In this document: one piece after another, positions 20,590-29,070 of the stretch
Position numbering within the stretch: position 1 is the stretch's first letter
Layout of the letters: every line of letters begins with the position of its first letter
Source: an uncultured Granulosicoccaceae bacterium
GTDB taxonomy: Bacteria; Pseudomonadota; Gammaproteobacteria; Granulosicoccales; Granulosicoccaceae
DNA length: 64,000 bases
Assembly: GCA_938041955.1 (NCBI GenBank)
Contig: CALISD010000062.1
Location: 97 to 64,096 of the forward strand
Direction: 5' to 3'
Made by a program: the position numbers and the translations under genes
Notes under the pieces: model-generated
What the model was told of the DNA's origin: nothing
The model's database searches: none
What the model saw: only the letters and a program-made list of their open reading frames with translations

Positions 20590-20669
20590 TCTTTGAAATA
20601 GACCCATGCCGATGGCACAACGACTGCTGCTGTGTAGTAACTCGCCCTCTTTCAGCTAGTTCAGTAATT

Positions 20670-21968
20670 ATGGATAAAAAGTCTCTACAAGTGCGCGCAG
20701 CGCTCGTAGCGCTAATAATGTCAATTAGCACCGCAAACGCGACAGAAAGCAAACCTCACGCCGAAGTTCTCCATTGGTGGTCTAGTGCTGGTGAATCCGC
20801 AGCACTGCAGGTATTCATAGAGACATTCATATCCCGCGGTGGTCACTACTATGACTCGACAAAAGATGATCAAGGCGCCAGCCGTGAGGAGGCCATAGAA
20901 CGAATGGCAAAAGGCTATCCATCAACACTGACACAATGGAACGCAGGATGGGATGTAAAAGAATTTTATGAGTTTGGTTTGATAGACGCAATTACAGACC
21001 CGGACCTATCAGCAAAGCTCAATCAAACCCTTCCAACAGCAATTCTTGATGCTGTTACCTACGACGGCAATATCATCGCCATGCCAATTAACATCCATAG
21101 TGAAAACTGGATGTGGCATAGCAACGATCTGATTAACCACAACAGCACGCTCTTATCACATGGATGGAAGGAATTTTTAAATCAGGGAAAATTACTTTCA
21201 AAGAAGGGCATTCCATTACTTGCTGTTGGGGATCAATCGTGGCAAGTGCGTATTCTTTTCACCAGCCTGATGCTCGGCATTTCACGAAAAACCTACAAAG
21301 ATTTTTACTTAAGCACGGACGCCAAAGTCGCCGACAGTATAGAATTTAAAAAAATCCTTTCTGTGTTTAATCAACTGGCCAAATACAGCAATTCATTCGG
21401 AGACGGAAGCTGGAACACTCAGGTGAAAGCGGTTGCCAATAACAATGCCGGCGCTACATTTATGGGCGACTGGGCTAAAGGTGAGTTTCAGACGCTAGGC
21501 AAAACGCCTGGCAAAGATTACGGATGCAGCCTGACGGCAAGCGACGACCCCAGTTTATTGTTGGTTATCGATGCCTTTATTTTAGGTAAAGTGAATGATC
21601 CACTGGAAAAGGAGGGACAAAAACTGATGCTTGACGTTGTCTCTGACCCGGCTGTAAACCTCCAGTTCAATACTCTCAAAGGCTCCGTCTCACCTTATAA
21701 TCAACCGTCTGCCGACAGAATCGATGTATGCAGCGCACAAGTATACAATACGCTTTCAAAGCCTGATGCTGTCATTCCTCCTTACGCGTCCTATGGCCAT
21801 GGGTCTTACATGGATAAAATCGATGTTGCGATTTACAATTTCTGGAAAGCCTCACAATTAAGCACCGACAATGCTGCTCTTGTTACGACCGCTACCGATA
21901 TATTTAGAAAAATATTGGTCGATAGAAACGCCAACCCTGACCAGACCATGGTCAATGTCGACGAATAA
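20670..21968 (+). CDS. Extracellular solute-binding protein, family 1 (sugar/glucose-mannose ABC type), orphan
   Basis: ATG 20670 gives a signal peptide (MDKKSLQVRAALVALIMSISTANA). EVLHWWSSAGESAALQVF matches the N-terminal motif of GtsA-like sugar binding proteins. No ABC permease or ATPase gene is adjacent. Confidence 0.85.
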   Translation: MDKKSLQVRAALVALIMSISTANATESKPHAEVLHWWSSAGESAALQVFIETFISRGGHYYDSTKDDQGASREEAIERMAKGYPSTLTQWNAGWDVKEFYEFGLIDAITDPDLSAKLNQTLPTAILDAVTYDGNIIAMPINIHSENWMWHSNDLINHNSTLLSHGWKEFLNQGKLLSKKGIPLLAVGDQSWQVRILFTSLMLGISRKTYKDFYLSTDAKVADSIEFKKILSVFNQLAKYSNSFGDGSWNTQVKAVANNNAGATFMGDWAKGEFQTLGKTPGKDYGCSLTASDDPSLLLVIDAFILGKVNDPLEKEGQKLMLDVVSDPAVNLQFNTLKGSVSPYNQPSADRIDVCSAQVYNTLSKPDAVIPPYASYGHGSYMDKIDVAIYNFWKASQLSTDNAALVTTATDIFRKILVDRNANPDQTMVNVDE

Positions 21969-22003
21969 ATACTGGAAACACATCAATCACCAGCAAATCT
22001 CAC

Positions 22004-23116
22004 TTACCTGAAAGCATTTAGCGCGGCACCTGAATTCATCGCCTCGCGAACTTCTTCCAGGGCCAGCTTAAGAGTTATCGGGCGACAACCTGCAAGCGCC
22101 ACCGCCGCACCCAGTGCAATGCATTCGTGCATTACCGATTTCTCTCCATTAAGTGCTCTCAACCCTTCAGCAGCAGTTGCCTTAGCCAGTTTATCAATCG
22201 CACTCGCGTCCGGTACACCACACTTATTTATTTCAAGAGTATTTGGCGGAAGATCGACTGCGCGTTGCTGCATGCAGATGTTCAATTCTTCAGGAACTAT
22301 ACGAACTTTCTTTAAAACATCATCCGAACTACGCCAAAGAAAATAGCGTGACACTTGTGCGACTGTCGGCACTACCCCACCCTCTATTCCCTTTATAAAA
22401 GCCGCTGAGTCAAAACCAACAGCATTTGCAAGACTGGCATATACATCGGGATAAGCCTTATGCACGTAGCCTGTGACAAAGTGATTTCGACGAGCTTTGA
22501 GCGGCATCAGACCTTTTTCAATGGTAGTAATGCAAGGACGCTTTACCATCTGATCGCGAAGTAACTGTAGATTCTCGAGTTCCGGTGCGACGACTGATTG
22601 ATCAAGATAACACCACGTACCGACCGACCCCCCGAAGCACTCTGCAGCGGATTGCAGACTGTGCTCAACCTGCACCTCTGCCGCTTGCAGGACTCTTTTT
22701 ACCGACAAACCATATTTGGGCCCAATACTGTCGATACCGTGGGTGACCACTGATTCACCACATGCCGCTAGCACCGCTGGCACAAATGGCGATGCGGGCA
22801 GGCTTCTTATATATCCGTCAAACGGATCAGCCAATGTGATTAGAGACTCACATTCGATCGTTAACGACGGTGCACCCTCAATAATGGCTTGCGTAATGCC
22901 GAGCATTTCATCGGGCGATTCACGCTTCATACGCAGCGCAATGAGAAATAGTGCGCTCTGCACCGGATCAACCTTTTGCTCCAACACTAACCGCATAGCA
23001 CTCCTGGCTTCTTCAGCGGTGAGATCTTTACTCATGGTCGGCCCGGTCGCAATACGCTGTAACGCCTGCCGCATTTGCGCAGTTGCGTTAGTACAGGGCA
23101 ATCGGTTAGCACTCAA
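22004..23116 (-). CDS. TrpD-fold (glycosyl transferase family 3) protein with degenerate catalytic motifs
   Basis: 370 aa, colinear with anthranilate phosphoribosyltransferase. GTGGDG is replaced by ADPFDG and KHGNRS by THGIDS (22727-22831). Confidence 0.7.
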   Translation of the reverse strand: MSANRLPCTNATAQMRQALQRIATGPTMSKDLTAEEARSAMRLVLEQKVDPVQSALFLIALRMKRESPDEMLGITQAIIEGAPSLTIECESLITLADPFDGYIRSLPASPFVPAVLAACGESVVTHGIDSIGPKYGLSVKRVLQAAEVQVEHSLQSAAECFGGSVGTWCYLDQSVVAPELENLQLLRDQMVKRPCITTIEKGLMPLKARRNHFVTGYVHKAYPDVYASLANAVGFDSAAFIKGIEGGVVPTVAQVSRYFLWRSSDDVLKKVRIVPEELNICMQQRAVDLPPNTLEINKCGVPDASAIDKLAKATAAEGLRALNGEKSVMHECIALGAAVALAGCRPITLKLALEEVREAMNSGAALNAFR

Positions 23117-23189
23117 TCTCTCTCACCTGGTGATAGTCAGCGGGTTATTATGCCATGGAACACAGACTCACTAACGCGCCTGACCCGCA

Positions 23190-24584
23190 ATGAAGCAACT
23201 ACCGATTTTTCTAAACATACAAAGCTCAGCCTGCCTGATAGCGGGCGGTGGACCCGCTGCTGCACGCAAAGCAAAATTGCTATTGCAAGCCGGGGCAAAG
23301 TTAATGGTGGTAACACCAACACTGAGTGAAAGCATGCTGTTACTTTTAGACTCAGCGAATATCGAACACCTTCAAAGGGATTATCACAGCGACGACCTTC
23401 AAGGTAAGACTATGGTTATTGCTGCCACAGACAACTACCAGGTAAATTTACAGATCGCCGCCGACGCAAAGCAAAAAGCGATACTTGTAAACATTGCAGA
23501 CAATCCTATCGCGAGCGACTTCACCCTGCCTTCGATAGTCAATCGCGACCCATTGATTGTTGCTATCAGCAGCAGCGGCACCTCTCCTGTTCTTGCACGC
23601 ATGCTGAAAACAAGACTGGAAGCATTTATACCCAAAAGCTACAGCACACTCGCAACCCTGGCGGGTGAGTTCCAGGTTGAGATAAAAGAAAAAATCAGAC
23701 ATGTCGGTGCGCGCAAAGCGTTTTGGGAAAAGTCCTTGACCGGCAATATTGCAGAGTTGGTGTTAACAGGCCATGAAACCAAAGCCCGGCAAGCCCTGAA
23801 AACTGCAATTAACAACGCCAACCAAAATTACAGCAATGCAAAAACCGGTGAGGTTTACCTTGTCGGTGCCGGCCCTGGAAACCCTGACTTACTGACTTTC
23901 AGAGCCCTAAGACTTATCCAGCAAGCTGAAGTGGTTTTATATGACCGCTTAGTGTCCGATTCCATAATGAACCTTTGCCCACAGCAAGCAGAACATATTT
24001 ATGTTGGCAAGAGACGCGCTGATCATGCAATGCCACAGGCAAACATTAACCAAACGCTGATCGATCACGCCAAGGCAGGTAAACGCGTGTTGCGCCTCAA
24101 AGGCGGAGACCCGTTTATTTTCGGTCGTGGTGGTGAAGAAATAGAAACGCTGGCAGAGCACAACATTCCCTTTCAGGTGGTGCCGGGCATTACGGCTGCA
24201 TCAGGCTGTGCAAGCTATGCGGGCATTCCTCTAACTCATCGCGACCATGCACAGTCTTGCACTTTTATTACCGGGCATCTTAAAGATGGCTCTATTAACT
24301 TAGACTGGAATAGATTAGCAGGCACTGACCAGACGATCGTATGCTACATGGGTCTAATGGGGCTGCCAATTATCTGTGAGCAACTCATCGCACACGGCAT
24401 TGCAAAAGATACTCCAGCAGCACTGATTGAGCGTGGCACAACCGCCGAACAACAAGTTCACACCGGCACGGTTTCTACCCTGCCGCAGATTATATCTAGC
24501 AGAACGGTTACTGCTCCGACGCTAATTATCATCGGAACCGTAGTGACGTTACGTAAAAAGCTGGACTGGTTTGAACAGCAGTAA
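23190..24584 (+). CDS. cysG: Siroheme synthase (precorrin-2 dehydrogenase/sirohydrochlorin ferrochelatase fused to uroporphyrinogen-III C-methyltransferase)
   Basis: 464 aa. N-terminal Rossmann IAGGGPAAARKAKLLLQAGAKLMVV. C-terminal SUMT motifs VYLVGAGPGNPDLLT and LRLKGGDPFIFGRGGEE. Confidence 0.95.
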   Translation: MKQLPIFLNIQSSACLIAGGGPAAARKAKLLLQAGAKLMVVTPTLSESMLLLLDSANIEHLQRDYHSDDLQGKTMVIAATDNYQVNLQIAADAKQKAILVNIADNPIASDFTLPSIVNRDPLIVAISSSGTSPVLARMLKTRLEAFIPKSYSTLATLAGEFQVEIKEKIRHVGARKAFWEKSLTGNIAELVLTGHETKARQALKTAINNANQNYSNAKTGEVYLVGAGPGNPDLLTFRALRLIQQAEVVLYDRLVSDSIMNLCPQQAEHIYVGKRRADHAMPQANINQTLIDHAKAGKRVLRLKGGDPFIFGRGGEEIETLAEHNIPFQVVPGITAASGCASYAGIPLTHRDHAQSCTFITGHLKDGSINLDWNRLAGTDQTIVCYMGLMGLPIICEQLIAHGIAKDTPAALIERGTTAEQQVHTGTVSTLPQIISSRTVTAPTLIIIGTVVTLRKKLDWFEQQ

Positions 24585-24590
24585 CTACAG

Positions 24591-24974
24591 CTACTTGCTT
24601 TCAACGCCCTGCGCGCTACTTGCTATCTGAAATATCATCTCTGGCACTTCAGCGGCAGCACCAAAATAGTCAGATACGGTTATCTCCAATGCCGGAACAG
24701 CGGCCTGCGCGATTGCAACTTGCTCGGGAATATCACTGGCCACATGTGCACCGCGCGCCAGAAAATAAGGAACCACTAGTACTGAAGTTGCACCACGACC
24801 TGCCAGTGACTGAATCGCATCTGGAATTAGAGGCTCAGCCAGCTCCAGAAAAGCACACTCCACACAATCAAACTGATCAGCTGACAGCGCTGCGACCTTT
24901 TCAGTCAATCTGATTATTTCTTGATTCGATTCTGCACGCCTGCTTCCATGAGCCACCACCAATAGACACTTCAT
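24591..24974 (-). CDS. cbiX: Small CbiX/SirB-type sirohydrochlorin chelatase
   Basis: 127 aa. LLVVAHGSRR ... VLVVPYFLARGAHV is the short CbiX pattern. Confidence 0.85.
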   Translation of the reverse strand: MKCLLVVAHGSRRAESNQEIIRLTEKVAALSADQFDCVECAFLELAEPLIPDAIQSLAGRGATSVLVVPYFLARGAHVASDIPEQVAIAQAAVPALEITVSDYFGAAAEVPEMIFQIASSAQGVESK

Positions 24975-25744
24975 CTTGTTCTTACTCTAACCGTTCCAGT
25001 TCATCAGGGTTTTGAGTCCACGTTTCGAATAGCGTGACGTCACTCAACACTCACACTTTGTGAACGTTTCACACAGCTTATCGGGTGCGCTACCGCAAAA
25101 GTCTCACCCGGCTGCGACCAAGGTATAACCATACCCCAACTAAAGCACGTCCAGTTGATCATTCGTTGCCCGGCTTACGATAAACATTCAGAATCAGGCG
25201 AGGTGTGTAGACGACACCCGGGGTTTCACGACTCACCTATATCGCCCCCTAAAGACAATACCGAACTGCAGATTTCTGCTGAGCCCCGAGCCAGCGCGGA
25301 CAACAAAACCCGCAGTCAGTCAGGCATAGACCACACAACTCTGGGGGTTTCAACAACAAACCCGGAACGATTCGAGCCACAGCTCAATCATGTTGCCTCC
25401 TGCGATACGATTCTGCGTGCACTGGGAGCGCACAGTGGGGCGAGAGCCCCCTGGAGAAACTAACGGATTTCGACAATCCGCTATACCTGTGACGTCAACG
25501 ACGACACGCTTATGTACTTTGAATACCGGAAATCGGCGATGAAGATGGCCCGGGCAAACCGTTGACGGAAGCATTTGAACGCACGATTTCGGGCAATCTC
25601 GAAATCGCAGCTCCCCGCCAGGTTATCTGGCTAATCATGCCGGGAGCACTGCAATTCACGCAGAATTACGCTTCTATAAGCTAAACCCAGCCCACAACTG
25701 GCAAAACCAAGCTATATAGGCATATTCTTTATCAGTTGGATCTG

Positions 25745-25750
25745 TATAAT
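25745..25750 (+). promoter_or_regulatory. Candidate -10 element for typA
   Basis: Perfect TATAAT preceded directly by TG, about 85 nt upstream of the typA ATG. I found no good -35 element, so this is tentative. Confidence 0.25.
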
Positions 25751-25833
25751 TCAGTTCCCAAAATCCCCTTAATTTGCGGTTGGAAACCCATCCACGCCGC
25801 CTATCCAGCTGCTTTATTAGTTGTCAGATCCTT

Positions 25834-27654
25834 ATGAATACTGAAAAATTGCGCAATATCGCGATTATTGCTCACGTTGACCACGGCAAAACCACTCTGG
25901 TTGACAAACTACTGAACCAATCAGGCACGCTTGATCGTAAAAATGCCGATTCCGAACGCATCATGGATTCCAACGATCAGGAAAAAGAGCGCGGCATCAC
26001 TATTTTGGCGAAAAACACCGCCATCCAGTGGGAAGACTACCGAATCAACATCGTTGACACCCCGGGCCACGCCGACTTCGGTGGAGAGGTAGAGCGTGTA
26101 CTGTCGATGGTTGATAGCGTGCTGCTGCTGGTTGATGCAGTTGACGGTCCGATGCCTCAAACTCGCTTCGTGACTTCCAAGGCGTTTGAGCGTGGCCTTA
26201 AACCGATTGTGGTCATTAACAAAGTTGACCGTCCAGGCGCACGACCGGACTGGGTACTGGATCAGGTATTCGATCTGTTTGACCGACTCGGCGGAACTGA
26301 CGAGCAGCTGGACTTCCCTGTTATCTATACCTCGGCGATCAACGGCATAGCCGGTCTTGATCCTGCAGAAATGGCGGAAGACATGACACCGTTATTTAAG
26401 ATGGTGACAGAGAAAGTACCCGCACCCGACGTTGATATCAATGGCCACTTTCAAATGCAGATCTCAGCCCTCGCCTATGACAGCTATGTAGGTGTTATTG
26501 GAGTCGGTCGAATCACTCGCGGCGCATTAAAACCAAATCAGCAGGTTGTTATTAAATCTTCCAACGGTGATGAGCGCAAAGGTCGTGTGCTCAACGTCAA
26601 AGGCTACATGGGCCTGGAAACAGTAGACACCGATGAAGCGACAGCAGGTGACATCGTTTGCATCAATGGTATCGACGGACTGTCAATTTCCGACACTCTG
26701 TGTAACCCGGATCACATTGAAGCCATGCCTCCGCTGTCAGTAGATGAGCCAACGGTCAGCATGACTTTCAGAGTCAATGACTCACCATTTGCCGGTAAAG
26801 AAGGTAAATACGTTACTTCACGAAATATTCGCGAGCGGCTTGATCAGGAACTCATCCACAACGTCGCACTTCGCGTAGAGCAAGGTGGTTCGGCAGACAG
26901 ATTTAAAGTATCCGGCCGGGGCGAACTTCACCTGTCAGTACTGATCGAAACCATGCGTCGTGAGGGCTACGAGCTTGGTGTGTCACGCCCTGAAGTAATT
27001 CAGAAAGAAATCGATGGCGTCACTCAAGAGCCATTTGAGCAATTGGTCGTAGACATTGAAGACATACACCAGGGCTCTGTAATGGAAGAGCTTGGCTTAC
27101 GTAAAGCTGATATGACCAACATGGAACCCGATGGCAAAGGTCGCTTAAAGATGGAGTTTATTATTCCGTCTCGCGGCTTGATCGGTTTTCGCGGCATGTT
27201 CTTAACAATGACATCCGGCTCCGGCATCCTCACCAGTGTTTTCGATCACTACGGAGAAGTGAAATCAGCCGGTGTTGTGTCGCGTCAAAACGGTGTACTG
27301 GTATCCATGGTGACAGGCAAAACTGCAGGCTTCTCTTTGTTTAACCTGCAAGATCGCGGACGCTTATTTCTGGGTCACGCCGTGGATATATATGAAGGCC
27401 AGATCATCGGTATACATACACGCTCTAATGACCTGGTAGTGAACGCAACCAAGGGCAAGCAGCTTACCAACGTTCGTGCATCTGGAACCGATGAAGCACT
27501 AACCCTTACCCCGCCTATCGTGCACACACTTGAACAGGCGCTGGAATTCATTGAAGACGATGAATTAGTAGAGGTTACTCCTGAAAGTATTCGCATCCGT
27601 AAAAAGCTGTTGAAAGAGACGGAGCGAAAGCGCGGCGGCAAAAACGCAGCCTGA
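25834..27654 (+). CDS. typA: Translational GTPase TypA/BipA
   Basis: ATG 25834 ([24 protein letters not shown]). G motifs [20 protein letters not shown]. 606 aa. Confidence 0.95.
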   Translation: MNTEKLRNIAIIAHVDHGKTTLVDKLLNQSGTLDRKNADSERIMDSNDQEKERGITILAKNTAIQWEDYRINIVDTPGHADFGGEVERVLSMVDSVLLLVDAVDGPMPQTRFVTSKAFERGLKPIVVINKVDRPGARPDWVLDQVFDLFDRLGGTDEQLDFPVIYTSAINGIAGLDPAEMAEDMTPLFKMVTEKVPAPDVDINGHFQMQISALAYDSYVGVIGVGRITRGALKPNQQVVIKSSNGDERKGRVLNVKGYMGLETVDTDEATAGDIVCINGIDGLSISDTLCNPDHIEAMPPLSVDEPTVSMTFRVNDSPFAGKEGKYVTSRNIRERLDQELIHNVALRVEQGGSADRFKVSGRGELHLSVLIETMRREGYELGVSRPEVIQKEIDGVTQEPFEQLVVDIEDIHQGSVMEELGLRKADMTNMEPDGKGRLKMEFIIPSRGLIGFRGMFLTMTSGSGILTSVFDHYGEVKSAGVVSRQNGVLVSMVTGKTAGFSLFNLQDRGRLFLGHAVDIYEGQIIGIHTRSNDLVVNATKGKQLTNVRASGTDEALTLTPPIVHTLEQALEFIEDDELVEVTPESIRIRKKLLKETERKRGGKNAA

Positions 27655-27670
27655 CACCGCGGTATTTGAT

Positions 27671-27698
27671 ACCCTGCGTTAAACGCTTAACGCAGGGT
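27671..27698 (+). terminator. Hairpin terminator candidate after typA
   Basis: Perfect 12-bp inverted repeat ACCCTGCGTTAA / TTAACGCAGGGT with loop ACGC, 17 nt after the typA stop. Only a short U tract (ATTT) follows. Confidence 0.5.
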
Positions 27699-27704
27699 AT
27701 TTCA

Positions 27705-28472
27705 ATGACAAAGTTTTCTGCCAATCTTGGCTTCCTTTGGACAGAGCTATCTTTAACAAAAGCAATAGAAGCTGCCGCTCTCCACGGCTTTGATGCTGTA
27801 GAGTGCCACTTCCCCTACCTTACACCTGCCTCAGAAGTCGCCGCAGTACTCAGTAAAACCAAGCTTCAAATGCTTGGCATGAACACCATTAAGGGTGACG
27901 CTGCAAAAGGCGAAAACGGTCTCTGCGCACTGCCAGACAGAATTGCCGATGCCAGAGCCTCTATCGATCAGGCAATCGACTACGCACATGCCATCAATAC
28001 CCCGAACGTACACGTCATGGCAGGTATTGCAGCAGGCGCAGCAGCGGACAAAACGTTTCTTGATAATCTCCACTACGCGACAGAAAAAGCAAACCCACTG
28101 GGCATCACCATATTGATTGAGCCACTTAACCCTTTTGATGCTCCGGGGTACTACTTGAACAATACAACGCAGGCCGAAGCAATCATAAAAGAGATTGCTG
28201 GTGACAATGTAAAACTGATGTTTGATTGCTACCACGTGCAAGTAATTGAAGGTGATGTGACAAGACGAATGGAACAACTGTTACCGATTATCGGGCACAT
28301 CCAAATCGCATCGGCACCCGATCGTGCGGAGCCTGACTCGGGCGAACTGGACTACCGCTATGTGTTAAAGGCTGCGAAGAATATGGGCTACACATCCCCG
28401 ATTGGTGCGGAGTACAGACCCAACAGCACAACAGAATCGGGGCTTGGCTGGCTCAAAATTCTAAATCAGTAA
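27705..28472 (+). CDS. Hydroxypyruvate isomerase family protein (TIM-barrel, Hyi/OtnI-like)
   Basis: ATG 27705 (MTKFSANLGFLWTE...). NVHVMAG, ILIEPLN and IGHIQIA are typical of the family. The track start at 27666 lies inside the typA terminator hairpin. Confidence 0.85.
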   Translation: MTKFSANLGFLWTELSLTKAIEAAALHGFDAVECHFPYLTPASEVAAVLSKTKLQMLGMNTIKGDAAKGENGLCALPDRIADARASIDQAIDYAHAINTPNVHVMAGIAAGAAADKTFLDNLHYATEKANPLGITILIEPLNPFDAPGYYLNNTTQAEAIIKEIAGDNVKLMFDCYHVQVIEGDVTRRMEQLLPIIGHIQIASAPDRAEPDSGELDYRYVLKAAKNMGYTSPIGAEYRPNSTTESGLGWLKILNQ

Positions 28473-28567
28473 CAGTTGTAAGCGCGAACCAATATGTATC
28501 TGTGCTTTAAAACTGACGCCTCTGGCAGCCGATCTGAAGATCCGCTAAGGCTCGCAAATACAGCCTG

Positions 28568-29017
28568 TTACGATTTTGCTTCGCTCTGCTGAATCGCGAC
28601 ATCTTTGCTGCTGAGCACGTGTCTGGCAGCGAGAAAAAATAACAACCCGGCTGGCCCAAAAAACAACGTCAATAATAACGATGGGATCAATATTGACGAC
28701 GGCAGAATTTCTCTCTTGGCGGTCTCCACCTGCCAGCCACCGATAAACAGGTCAAACGCCAGGTAATGTATCCAACCAACTAAGGCAATTTCGGGCTGCG
28801 CGAAGAGTGAAGTCAGGCTTTCAAGAGATCCAAAACTCCCTCCCTTAAACGGCAGCAGGCTTGCCATAAAAGCACAATACAGTATCGCCAGTGCCACCGG
28901 CACTGCACGTCCAGCAAGCCAATGCACTTTTAGCGAGGTAAACGCCGATAGAAACAGAAAAAACCATCCAGCAAGCGCCAGACAGTTTGCGAACAAATAT
29001 ACCGTGTTGTCAGACAT
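28568..29017 (-). CDS. DUF4281 (ABA4-like) integral membrane protein
   Basis: 149 aa, four hydrophobic helices. The WIHYLAFDLFIGGW motif resembles DUF4281. Confidence 0.7.
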   Translation of the reverse strand: MSDNTVYLFANCLALAGWFFLFLSAFTSLKVHWLAGRAVPVALAILYCAFMASLLPFKGGSFGSLESLTSLFAQPEIALVGWIHYLAFDLFIGGWQVETAKREILPSSILIPSLLLTLFFGPAGLLFFLAARHVLSSKDVAIQQSEAKS

Positions 29018-29037
29018 TAAGTCTTACCTTTAAGCTG

Positions 29038-29060
29038 CCGTGACGCGAACTGCGTCACGG
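29038..29060 (-). terminator. Strong hairpin between the fasciclin gene and the DUF4281 gene
   Basis: 9-bp perfect stem CCGTGACGC / GCGTCACGG with a 5-nt loop, 11 nt after the fasciclin stop. No U tract, so it may be a stabiliser or Rho-dependent site rather than a classic terminator. Confidence 0.4.
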
Positions 29061-29070
29061 CCAGTAGTCC

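Noticed and set aside
20565-20669. Upstream-extended starts offered by the ORF track (20565, 17705, 17468, 17775, 25774, 27666, 30645, 33497, 43132, 43826, 45379, 40129, 39843)
   Set aside because: In each case a downstream ATG, or TTG for gabD, gives the family-typical N-terminus or signal peptide, usually with a Shine-Dalgarno. The extension would overlap a neighbouring gene, a terminator hairpin or the riboswitch.
24975-25350. Expected cobalamin riboswitch upstream of cbiX
   Set aside because: Reading the minus strand I could not find the AGGGAA...GGTG..AA..CC core, GCCACTG or a B12 box. AGTCAGGCATAGACC at about 25307-25321 (plus strand) is on the wrong strand and matches poorly.
25552-25572. 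c-di-GMP-I (GEMM)-like GGGCAAACC...GACGGAAGC
   Set aside because: The GNRA-capped hairpin that must separate the two elements is missing, and the second half of the aptamer is absent.
25584-25620. tRNA/tmRNA-like 3-prime end: hairpin CGATTTCG-GGCAATCT-CGAAATCG followed by CAGCTCCCCGCCA
   Set aside because: The loop is not a T-loop (no TTCGAAT/TTCAANT). I found no complementary GGGGAGCTG 5-prime strand on the same strand. No tag-peptide reading frame ending in LAA is present on either strand.
25618-25647. TPP-riboswitch-like fragment CCAGGTTATCTGGCTAATCATGCCGGGAGC
   Set aside because: It resembles only the CTGG.TAAT.CCAG pyrimidine-sensor hairpin. The obligatory CTGAGA element and surrounding helices are absent, and no thiamine gene follows.
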